NCBI GenBank assembly: GCA_963693055.1
Contig: OY843751.1
Coordinates: forward strand, 1-64,000
Source: a bacterium
Lineage (GTDB): Bacteria; Zhuqueibacterota; Zhuqueibacteria; Residuimicrobiales; Krinioviventaceae
Direction: 5' to 3'
DNA: 64,000 nt
The notes below the pieces were generated by a model. It did no database searches. It was not told the DNA's origin and was given only the letters and a program-made list of their open reading frames with translations. The position numbers were made by a program, and so were the translations under genes. Of the stretch, positions 54,054-62,626 are shown in pieces; position 1 is the first letter of the stretch, and each line of letters opens with the position of its first letter.

Positions 54054-54085
54054 AAAAAAGCCCTTACGAGAACTCGCAAGGGCTT
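54054..54085 (-). terminator. Intrinsic terminator
   Basis: Minus strand AAGCCCTTGCGAG-TT-CTCGTAAGGGCTTTTTT. Confidence 0.8.
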
Positions 54086-54225
54086 GAAAATTTCTATGTC
54101 TTTGGTGATTAGTCTGAGGAAAGTTTGAATACGTTACCGTCTTTCCATTTTATTGAGATTAGATGGCGAAACTTGTAGGCGAATACAGCCGCAGGAATAA
54201 TAGTAATCGCTTTATAAAATATCCT

Positions 54226-54951
54226 TTATTGTAATTTCCTGATTCGGATGTCAATATTCTGGTCGTCTTTGAACAATTTCAGCAATTGGTTTGTATCGGT
54301 TTCGCCAAAATGATAGGGATACAGTACCGCAGGTTTAATTTTGTGGGCCGCATCAGCTGCCATTTCCGGTGTCATGGTGTAGGGCAGATTCATGGGTACA
54401 AATGCAATGTCGATTTTGCCGAGGTTAGTCATTTCGGGTATGTTTTCCGTATCTCCTGCGACATATACGTGTTTATCACCAAAGGTGATGACATAGCCGT
54501 TACCATTGCCTTTGGGGTGATAGGGATTGCCTTCACCGCGCATATTGACAATGTTGTAGGCTGGTACTGCCTTAATGGTTAGTCCTGATACGTTTTTTGT
54601 ATCTCCATTGTTCATGACCGTGCCTTTGCCAAGTTTGTCAAAGCAAATTTGCGTGAGCAGAATCTTTGTGCTTTCTTTGCTGGTCTGCTTAATGGCGTTG
54701 GCGTCGAGATGGTCACCATGCTCATGAGTGATCAGAATAATGTCAGCTTTGGGCAGGGTGTTATAATCTGCCAGACGTGTCCATGGATCGATTTGGACCA
54801 CTTTGCCATCAAATTTCATCATCAACGTGCCGTGACCAATGAATGTGATTTTCAAGTCGCCTTTTGATGTGGAAAAAGTATCGGATTCGAAATCGTTTGC
54901 TGCAAAAATCATAGATGAGAGCACTAAAATTATTATGAATATTTGTTTCAT
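54226..54951 (-). CDS. Secreted MBL-fold metal-dependent hydrolase
   Basis: GHGT, IDP, THEHGDH, AGDTE, PYTM, YPYH. Confidence 0.88.
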   Translation of the reverse strand: MKQIFIIILVLSSMIFAANDFESDTFSTSKGDLKITFIGHGTLMMKFDGKVVQIDPWTRLADYNTLPKADIILITHEHGDHLDANAIKQTSKESTKILLTQICFDKLGKGTVMNNGDTKNVSGLTIKAVPAYNIVNMRGEGNPYHPKGNGNGYVITFGDKHVYVAGDTENIPEMTNLGKIDIAFVPMNLPYTMTPEMAADAAHKIKPAVLYPYHFGETDTNQLLKLFKDDQNIDIRIRKLQ

Positions 54952-54972
54952 TGTGTCCTCCTTGTTGGCAAT

Positions 54973-55001
54973 AGTATAATAGATTCGTGCTTATAATGCA
55001 A
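54973..55001 (-). promoter_or_regulatory. Sigma70-type promoter
   Basis: TTGCAT-N17-TATACT on the minus strand, 22 bp before ATG 54951. Confidence 0.6.
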
Positions 55002-55002
55002 T

Positions 55003-55038
55003 AAAAAAACCGCAAGCTGTATTGAATAGCTTACGGTT
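55003..55038 (-). terminator. Intrinsic terminator of the Ig-like lipoprotein gene
   Basis: Minus strand AACCGTAAGCTATT..TACAGCTTGCGGTTTTTTT. Confidence 0.75.
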
Positions 55039-55062
55039 AATAAAACAGTACGAGTTTAAGTT

Positions 55063-56286
55063 TTAATTCAATAGATATTGTTCAAGCAATACATTTTCAT
55101 CGGCAAGCTGCATCCAGATTTTCAGGTATCCGGTTTCGGTACCTGAAATGATTTGACCAATCTGCACATTGTTTTCCAAAAGACTTCCCTGGACGATCCA
55201 ATAAGAATCCAGCTCTGAGGGTTTAGAGTTGAAAAAGGCCTTGCGGATAACCACATCCTTGAGCGCGTATGTGGTATTGTTTTGTACCCAGGTGCTGTTG
55301 GAACGACGCTCTACATTTTCAACAAAGTTGTCTACATAAATGCTTTGATAATGATAATATTCATTCATTGTCATGGAAAAGTCAGTACTGGAAAGAGTTC
55401 CTGATATCTGTTCTTCATTCTCATATGAACTGCCAGAGCCCACATCAAAGCTGTAGGTACCTTGCAAGTCAATGTCGACCTGCCAGGTTTTGTTTTTATA
55501 AACCACAGAACCTTTCAATGTCCCAAGTTTTTGACCGTTATTCTGATATGAATAGATCTCAATGTCTGTTCCATCACTGATCTGCATGGTAATCTGAAAT
55601 TCGTGCGGCTGCTGTAAAAAGTTTTCACTGTTACTGTTAAAATCGCCATCCATTTTGCTGATCAGAAAATCGACTGTTGTACCGTTTGAAAATTTTACCA
55701 CCAGTTTGTCATTGGGTGAGGCAGAGTAGGTGAAATTGTCGCTGTTGACAGCAGTTTGCGTCAAGGTTCCTGTTGTGATCAGGGTTTGGCCGCCATTGAT
55801 CAAGCTGGCCTGCCAAACCGCCTCGGCTCCCAGTGCGAGCGCTTCTTCTCCTGTGGATTTCATATATTGCGGGGTGTTATATCCGTCTTGAGCAATTGTT
55901 GATAATTCAACCGGAGGTTTAGAAATCGTTACAGTCGAAACCCCTTCTTTAGTTGCGTCTGCATTTGAAATAACCTTGACTATGGCTGTTACGGATTGGC
56001 CGGAAATAATTGAAGGTGCTGTGTATAAACCATTCTGGGTTATGGTACCAATGTCATTTTCAACAATCCAGGTAACTGCAGTGTCTTCAGTACCGGAAAT
56101 GGTAACTGAAAATTGCTGTGTGCCACCCGGTTCAAGTGTAACGGTGAAAGGGCTGATTGATACGGTTATCTCAGCAGCAGGTGCTGTAGGGTTGTTTGAA
56201 GAATCTCCACCACAGTTGATGATCAGCAGAATACTGATTGTCATAACTGTAAAAATAAGCGAAATATGTTTAATTGTACTGTTCAT
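55063..56286 (-). CDS. Lipoprotein with Ig-like (Big_2-like) domain
   Basis: Lipobox-like IINCGG; VSISP..VTLEPGGTQQF...VTW...GTITQNGLYTAP. Confidence 0.8.
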   Translation of the reverse strand: MNSTIKHISLIFTVMTISILLIINCGGDSSNNPTAPAAEITVSISPFTVTLEPGGTQQFSVTISGTEDTAVTWIVENDIGTITQNGLYTAPSIISGQSVTAIVKVISNADATKEGVSTVTISKPPVELSTIAQDGYNTPQYMKSTGEEALALGAEAVWQASLINGGQTLITTGTLTQTAVNSDNFTYSASPNDKLVVKFSNGTTVDFLISKMDGDFNSNSENFLQQPHEFQITMQISDGTDIEIYSYQNNGQKLGTLKGSVVYKNKTWQVDIDLQGTYSFDVGSGSSYENEEQISGTLSSTDFSMTMNEYYHYQSIYVDNFVENVERRSNSTWVQNNTTYALKDVVIRKAFFNSKPSELDSYWIVQGSLLENNVQIGQIISGTETGYLKIWMQLADENVLLEQYLLN

Positions 56287-56344
56287 AAATCACCATATAT
56301 ATATTCTTTACAATTAATTTCAAATAAATATTTTTCATAAAATT

Positions 56345-56372
56345 TATCCGGGAGGTGTGAGCCTCCCGGATA
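56345..56372 (-). terminator. Stem-loop, probably the original terminator of the M4 peptidase gene
   Basis: TATCCGGGAGG-TGTGAG-CCTCCCGGATA 11-bp stem, followed on the minus strand by AATTTT. Confidence 0.6.
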
Positions 56373-56449
56373 TTGTATATTACTTAAAGTTTAGTGCATA
56401 TGACCATAGGAATCATTGTTTTAATAAAAACAGAAATAAGGAGATTCTT

Positions 56450-57289
56450 ATGGCAGATGTTAAAAATAATTATGGTTTAAAAAGACTCGAATCCAAGACA
56501 GCTAAAAACGCTATTGTCCAAAAACTGTCTCAGGATTTCAATTTGACTCCTATTATTGCCGAAGCTTACTATCAACAATTTGACCAATACTTTCAGGAAC
56601 ATTCCAACATTTCATTATCAGGAGGTGAAGTCGCTTATGAAGCTGTTGCCGCTGAAGAACCAGCCGGCAAACATATCAGATTAACCCGAAAGCTTACGGT
56701 CCGTCTCAAACTAATTGACTTTAATACAGATCTGCAAGCCCTGGCTAATTATGGCCTTGCCGGACTTAGACGACACCGGATCGCCCGTCTGACTCGACAA
56801 GCCTATGATCAGGGTGCTTTACTCAGCTATGAAGACCTGGCAATGCTTTTAACCACCAGTCCGGCCACTGTTAAACGTGACATTTATCATCTCCGTCATC
56901 ACGGTATGTTTATCATGACACGAGGTATGAAACATGACATGGGTCCCGGACTGTCTCATAAAACCATCATTATTGATCTGTATCTTAAAGGTTATACCTT
57001 TTCAGAAATAGAACAAAAAACCAATCATTCTGAAACCAGCATCAAACGTTACCTCGCTGACTTTATGCAGATCGCCCTTTTATACAAGGAAAATTTCTCT
57101 CCGAACCAGATTCGACTCATTGCAAAGAAATCCGACCGCCTGGTGCGCGAGTATATCCAACTCTACCAAACCTATCTTCAACAAAACAATACGCGATTAA
57201 ACGATCTGTTATCTCCTGCGGAACCTGGTGGCGACGCGAAAAAAAAATCCATTCCTCAACATCTATCAGGAGGCAAAGAAAATGAGTAA
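56450..57289 (+). CDS. DUF1670-like HTH protein, paralog A
   Basis: AYDQGALLSYEDLAMLL, TRG..HD.GPG.SHK, LYLKGY..EI..KTNHS..IKRY; ATG after TAAGGAG. Confidence 0.85.
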   Translation: MADVKNNYGLKRLESKTAKNAIVQKLSQDFNLTPIIAEAYYQQFDQYFQEHSNISLSGGEVAYEAVAAEEPAGKHIRLTRKLTVRLKLIDFNTDLQALANYGLAGLRRHRIARLTRQAYDQGALLSYEDLAMLLTTSPATVKRDIYHLRHHGMFIMTRGMKHDMGPGLSHKTIIIDLYLKGYTFSEIEQKTNHSETSIKRYLADFMQIALLYKENFSPNQIRLIAKKSDRLVREYIQLYQTYLQQNNTRLNDLLSPAEPGGDAKKKSIPQHLSGGKENE

Positions 57290-58106
57290 ACCTTTGACTA
57301 AAGAACAAATTCAACTCAAAAAAATGAGACGACTTAAAGATAAAGATCTCAAGCAGTTACTACTGTACAACTTTTTGAATAGCTATGGCTATGACAAAGG
57401 AGCCATCACTGCCAATGCCATCATTGATGATATCCTTAAAATCATTGATGACTATTTCCTTGTCTCCTCTATTGATGATGACTTGCACCATATTCACTAT
57501 GGGCAACTCGTCTGGATGGCTGTTCCTGTCGATGAATACCCCAAACGCGGAAAAAGTATTGCCGCTACCCGAATGAAACCCGTTGTCCTCTCTTTCATTA
57601 CTGATCAGGATACTTCTCATATCGCGCATGGTTTTGATTCCAAAACTTTAAGGAAAAGACGCCTCAAACGTTGGGTTGATGAAGCTTTTGATCAAGGTGC
57701 TCTGCTTACTCAACTTGACCTGGCTATGTTACTCGGTGTCTGTGATGCCGTTGTCAGTAAATATGTAAATGAAATCCAAAAAGAAGGGCATCTCTTACCA
57801 ACGCGTGGCAACATCCATGATCTTTCCGGCGCTATTACTCATAAACGCGAAATTATCACTCTGTATCTTGAGGGATATCTCACTCCCGAAATCGCTTTGA
57901 AAACCAAACACAGCAACGAAGCGGTTGACAGGTATATCAAAGATTACCATCGTGTTGAATTACTTTGGAAGCATGACATTAAAAACCTTGATCAAATCAG
58001 CCAGCTGGCAAGACTTTCCAAACGTGTCATACAACAATATGTTGATCTTTTGCCTGATAAAATTAAAAATCAAAGGAGTCAGTTGAATCTTTCAAAGAAC
58101 AATTAG
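57282..58106 (+). CDS. DUF1670-like HTH protein, paralog B
   Basis: AFDQGALLTQLDLAMLL, PTRGNIHDL..THK, LYLEGY..EIALKTKHS..VDRY; ATG after AGGAGG, overlapping the paralog A stop. Confidence 0.85.
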   Translation: MSKPLTKEQIQLKKMRRLKDKDLKQLLLYNFLNSYGYDKGAITANAIIDDILKIIDDYFLVSSIDDDLHHIHYGQLVWMAVPVDEYPKRGKSIAATRMKPVVLSFITDQDTSHIAHGFDSKTLRKRRLKRWVDEAFDQGALLTQLDLAMLLGVCDAVVSKYVNEIQKEGHLLPTRGNIHDLSGAITHKREIITLYLEGYLTPEIALKTKHSNEAVDRYIKDYHRVELLWKHDIKNLDQISQLARLSKRVIQQYVDLLPDKIKNQRSQLNLSKNN

Positions 58107-58231
58107 TTGCTTTTATATTTCCCTTTTATTACTTTCAGAATGACAGATCACCAAATTTATTAATGATCTGACGCTCCGTTGTATTTTTAGGGGGTTTTAT
58201 AAATTTCTTTTTCTCCTCTGGTCATATGATA

Positions 58232-61200
58232 CTATTTTAATAATAACATTTTTTGTGTTTCAGTACCCATTGGAGTTGTTAAGCGATAGTAATAAATGCC
58301 GCTTGGTAAATCCTGACCGTTAAATTTGATTTGATGCGATCCCGCGGTATAAAATCCATCTGCCACCGACATGACATTTCTACCCAGAACATTATAAACA
58401 TCCAAACGCACATTCATGTTCTCAGGCAGATCAAAACGTATGGTTGTTTCCGGATTAAAGGGATTGGGATAATTCTGATGCAATGTTAATGCGGTAGGTA
58501 TTTTAATATCATTCTCTTCTACTGCAGTTTCGGGACGAGTACCTCGTGTTACCCATAATGGATAAATTGCACCGGTCAAAAACTGAAAATCATCACCTGC
58601 ACCGGTTATACCATCAGTAAGCAAGCTGGCTACAAATACACCATAATTATTTCCATCGGTATATTCGTAAATTACTGCCGAGTCATCTGAAGAAAAATCA
58701 GGTCTAGAGATCGCGTAACCATTTCTTGTGATCACACCAACATCACCCGTCTCCAGGTTGGCGCCATAAGCGGTAACCTCTCCGTTTGCGTCTACAAAAT
58801 CAAATGCCATAATATAATCATTGTTGGATGCCAGAACGGGATTGCCCAGGTTCACACCAATATCCTGTGGAGGAAAAGCACGGATTACTGTGCCGTCTGC
58901 AATACGTAAAAAGTTGATATCCCAATAATCCAGGGTGTCACCGGTTGCGGTAGCCGCTATATTATATGCATCATAAACCAGATACTGACTGTCAAGGGTC
59001 CAGTCCATTGCATCGGCATACAATACCGTAGAGGATTGTGCGCCTTCGGTATAGGTTTGCGCGTAAAGCGGATACTGGTAAACATTGTCTGTATTGACCA
59101 TGTCAAACAGATAGATCAGGCCATCCGCAACGTTTGAAGTTGCTGCAATATAGTTACCATTGGGTGAGTATGCCAGGTTCCAAAAGGTTCCTGAATCGTC
59201 CAACTGCTGTTCCGCACTGCCATCAATAGCTACGATTCTGGGATTGTAATCATAATCCACAAACAATACAAATTCACCATCGTCTGTTATTGAAGGTTTG
59301 TTCAGCACGGGAGAAGCAGAAATCATTTCAATGGTTTCCGCGTCTAGACTAATGCGATAGAGTGCACGGGTCCCGGAATCTACAGCCAGGATCCAATCAA
59401 TGCCTTGTACCTGAGGTTCAATATCGGGTAATGTAGAGCCTTCACCATCCAAAATCCCTACAGTATCAAACGCATTTTGAACCGCCTGATATTCTGTTGA
59501 ATTTTCTCCATAGAGATCGGAAGCTGATTTTAAAATTGCAATTCTGGCGTCAATGAATTGTGAACTGCGAGTCAGGTAAACTGAAAGTGCACGGTAATAA
59601 ATTTTTTCTGCTTTTTCAATGCCGATATTCAGGGCAACTTGATAAAAAGCCCTGTTGGGTATACCACTGTTCACGTGAACACCACCATTGTCGCCATCTT
59701 CAGTATTGGGGAGATTTTGATATTGATTCATATGTCCTGGCTGTTGGCCTCCGCCTACATTGGGGCCATCCGGTTGGATCATATCGCGAAGTGCGTCATT
59801 GGCAATAGAGGGGGTTGTTACATCTTCGCCCACCAACCAGTCGCCGTTTGCGCCTTCATGGTAAAATTCTGCTGCAACGCCAAAAACATCGGCAAAGGAT
59901 TCATTCAAAGCACCTGACTGTTCTTCATAGATCAGGTTTGCTGTATGTTCAATAACACCGTGGCTCATTTCATGAGCGGTTACATCCAACGCACCGGCAA
60001 GATCGCTGAATTGTTGACTGTCGCCATTGCCAAACACCATAAACTGGCCATTCCAGAAAGCATTGTTGTAATTATTATCAAAGTTGACCACAATGTACAT
60101 GGTGCCGCCTTTACCGTCAATGCTGTTACGGTTGTGGATATTGCGATAATAATCATAAACCACACCGCCATTTGCAATTGCACTGATAGCATTGGGCACG
60201 CTCCATGAATTTGCATTGGTTGATGTGTTGTAATACAGTTGGCTGCCATCTCCGTTTTGAGCGTCAAGCACAACAATACCGCCTTCCACGTTGTCTGGGA
60301 GTTGAGATTGCCCTGCGTTGTACATGGGCTTGGAGGTATCGATCAAATAGTGATCACTACCGATTTGATATGCGCCAAAATTTCGGGTATTACCTTGCAG
60401 ATCCATACCACTTGCGTTTACTGCGCCATCATAACAGATGCGGTTAATTTTCTTTAATACATTTCCAGAATGGGCGTCAATTACAATATCCCAGTTTTCG
60501 GCCAGTGTTGGTTTAACGTTTACAATATAAGTCAGGGGGAATTCGTCCTGCATGGGATAAATTACCAGTCTGCTTTGTACCGGAACAGAGTCAGTATCTT
60601 TTAATCCCAGGTATTGTATTGCCTGGATCTCTGCATTACGAGCAGTAACGGAAGGTTGAATATCAAGAGATTTGGGCAAGGGTGTTGTGCGTCCGTTTAT
60701 ACCTACCAGTTTGTTATCTTTATCAAAATGGTAATAAAGGTCACGACCATATACCGGTACATTTGCAAAAGATTGATGCATACGTACATGGGTCATGCCC
60801 AGCGCGTCGGTTTGTTGTTTGACAAAAACCAGCTTGTCGTCCTGGTTTTCAAGACCCAGCAATCGTTTTGCCCTGGGAGCAAAAGCGTTAAGAGATTGGT
60901 TGATGGTGTTACCTGACATTTCATCAGATAACAGATTTTCCGCTTCGATAAATATGGGACTGCTGCCGTCCTGTGACCATTCAATCTGAATGTTACGGTT
61001 CGGGTCTCTTATGAGTTCAATCAATGCCTGTTTTTGGGCAGCGGGTAATTGATAATTGATTGTGTTTTTTTGACGTTTAGCCGTTTTGGGGGCGTTTCTA
61101 AACTGACTGATTTTTTCGCTGATTGTTTTTAGTTTTGCCTGTTCGATACCGATTGTTTTGTCGTTAGCAACCGGACGGGTGTTTTTTTTATCCGTTAATG

Positions 61201-61270
61201 CATTTGTGGATGAAAATGCCGTCCCTGAGAGAAACGCGCATAAAAGTAATATAGCCGTAACATGTTTCAT
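58232..61270 (-). CDS. M4 (thermolysin-like) metallopeptidase with propeptide, beta-propeller and C-terminal sorting-type domain
   Basis: NNAFWNG, HEMSH, GALNESFAD, DNGGVH.NSG; TolB-like repeats; tail LHQNYPNPFNPETTIRF. Confidence 0.93.
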   Translation of the reverse strand: MKHVTAILLLCAFLSGTAFSSTNALTDKKNTRPVANDKTIGIEQAKLKTISEKISQFRNAPKTAKRQKNTINYQLPAAQKQALIELIRDPNRNIQIEWSQDGSSPIFIEAENLLSDEMSGNTINQSLNAFAPRAKRLLGLENQDDKLVFVKQQTDALGMTHVRMHQSFANVPVYGRDLYYHFDKDNKLVGINGRTTPLPKSLDIQPSVTARNAEIQAIQYLGLKDTDSVPVQSRLVIYPMQDEFPLTYIVNVKPTLAENWDIVIDAHSGNVLKKINRICYDGAVNASGMDLQGNTRNFGAYQIGSDHYLIDTSKPMYNAGQSQLPDNVEGGIVVLDAQNGDGSQLYYNTSTNANSWSVPNAISAIANGGVVYDYYRNIHNRNSIDGKGGTMYIVVNFDNNYNNAFWNGQFMVFGNGDSQQFSDLAGALDVTAHEMSHGVIEHTANLIYEEQSGALNESFADVFGVAAEFYHEGANGDWLVGEDVTTPSIANDALRDMIQPDGPNVGGGQQPGHMNQYQNLPNTEDGDNGGVHVNSGIPNRAFYQVALNIGIEKAEKIYYRALSVYLTRSSQFIDARIAILKSASDLYGENSTEYQAVQNAFDTVGILDGEGSTLPDIEPQVQGIDWILAVDSGTRALYRISLDAETIEMISASPVLNKPSITDDGEFVLFVDYDYNPRIVAIDGSAEQQLDDSGTFWNLAYSPNGNYIAATSNVADGLIYLFDMVNTDNVYQYPLYAQTYTEGAQSSTVLYADAMDWTLDSQYLVYDAYNIAATATGDTLDYWDINFLRIADGTVIRAFPPQDIGVNLGNPVLASNNDYIMAFDFVDANGEVTAYGANLETGDVGVITRNGYAISRPDFSSDDSAVIYEYTDGNNYGVFVASLLTDGITGAGDDFQFLTGAIYPLWVTRGTRPETAVEENDIKIPTALTLHQNYPNPFNPETTIRFDLPENMNVRLDVYNVLGRNVMSVADGFYTAGSHQIKFNGQDLPSGIYYYRLTTPMGTETQKMLLLK

Positions 61271-61313
61271 GTTTAACTCCTGAGATGATTGTATTTGCCA
61301 ACTGCGAAACTTT

Positions 61314-61742
61314 TTAAAGATCTGAGCAATACTCGTAAATATCCTGATACAGCGATGTTAACACCAGTGGTATTTCCTGCGAGTTGAGTGTAGCCGGAAA
61401 TCTCCATTGCCGTGTTGTATCCTGCTGTTGTATTGTCAGTAATCTTGACATATTGGAAGATTGGTCGATATTGATATCGGTGAGTGATGATTCGATGGTT
61501 TTTTTGAATTTATAGATTTTTTTTGAATTACCGGATTTTTCCCATTCAATTTGTTCGTCTTTACCCGGCATTTGAGTCCATTTTTGTACGAGCCCTGTAT
61601 CATCCATGTGAAATCCAAGGCGTTGACCTGTAATACCACCGCCTTCAGAAATTGTGATCCGATACGGTCCGGATTTACCGGATTTGCTGCCCGCGCATGA
61701 AAACAGCATTAATACGGATAACATAATAACTGTGACCCTCAT
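61314..61742 (-). CDS. Small lipoprotein, possibly an emfourin-like protease inhibitor
   Basis: Lipobox LFSC; ITISEGGGITG motif; upstream of and co-oriented with the M4 peptidase. Confidence 0.65.
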   Translation of the reverse strand: MRVTVIMLSVLMLFSCAGSKSGKSGPYRITISEGGGITGQRLGFHMDDTGLVQKWTQMPGKDEQIEWEKSGNSKKIYKFKKTIESSLTDINIDQSSNMSRLLTIQQQDTTRQWRFPATLNSQEIPLVLTSLYQDIYEYCSDL

Positions 61743-61856
61743 ACTTTTTATCCTTCCCTTTAACTATAGTTTATAGGTTGAATAACAAGTAAATTATACG
61801 GTTATATTCCGTAAATGAATGTAATTCGGGTCACATTTTGTAAAGGTTAGATTTTT

Positions 61857-62423
61857 TTATATTCTCCAGGCATAACCCATTTTGGCAAAGAATACACGGT
61901 CTGTTCGGGTTAATGGATCTACATGATCACCCCAGTAATTGTCTGAATAGCCCAGAAACAGTACTGTTTGGGGATTGATTTTGTATGAAAACAGGAATTG
62001 GTTGAAAAATGTCTTTTCTTTGGGATCAACGTCATCGTCTTTGTAAAGCGAGACATTGCAGTCGTATACCATTTTTTGTAATATTGCCCGCACAAAGATA
62101 CGTTTTGAAAATTGATATATGACTTTGAATTTACTCGAATTGGCGGTATATAATCTTCCCGGAGCTACATCCAGTTTTTCCCAGGTGTGCCCCATTTCCA
62201 GGTTCAAATGTTTGCCGGGACGTACTTCAATATTGGTCTCAATCACCAAAGCGTCTTGCCAATAGGGCTCATCCAGTACTGCGTCTATTTTTATATCAGA
62301 GTTGATTCTGGGTACTTGCAAGGGCGTTCGGGTGGTATCATTTGTATTAAACAGGGCAAAGGTACAGGAGAAAGGGACCAGTAAAAACAGAATGGTCCGT
62401 ATAACCGGTCTGATCAAATGCAT
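61857..62423 (-). pseudogene. Internally deleted CBM9-like/DUF5916 outer-membrane protein
   Basis: N-terminal IKIDAVLDEPYW..EVRPG joined directly to C-terminal barrel strands FLFSYKINPQTVLFLGYSD..FFAKMGYAW in only 188 aa. Confidence 0.65.
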
Positions 62424-62626
62424 GAAATTCTCCGTATATTAAGATATGGTAATAATTGTAGACAATTCGGTGTGAAAATGGTTTGCAAGGGAACCAGTAC
62501 AAGCGCATTGTCTTTTATACAAACCATGATCCCGATAAAAGGTTACAATGTCAGAAAGGTTGTTGATTTATTTTATATACGGTGAAAAAAGAAGACGGAT
62601 TTCAAAATAATGAATAATATTCAATG

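Larger units (their letters stand above)
56397..58228 (+). mobile_element. Putative IS-like element (1832 bp) encoding two DUF1670-like proteins
   Basis: Terminal inverted repeats CATATGACCATAGGA (56397-56411) and TCCTCTGGTCATATG (58214-58228), 14/15 match; ORFs fill the interval and run opposite to the flanking genes. Confidence 0.78.

Noticed and set aside
56357-56449. N-terminal extension of DUF1670 paralog A from GTG 56357
   Set aside because: It starts inside a host hairpin outside the left IR; ATG 56450 has a good RBS.
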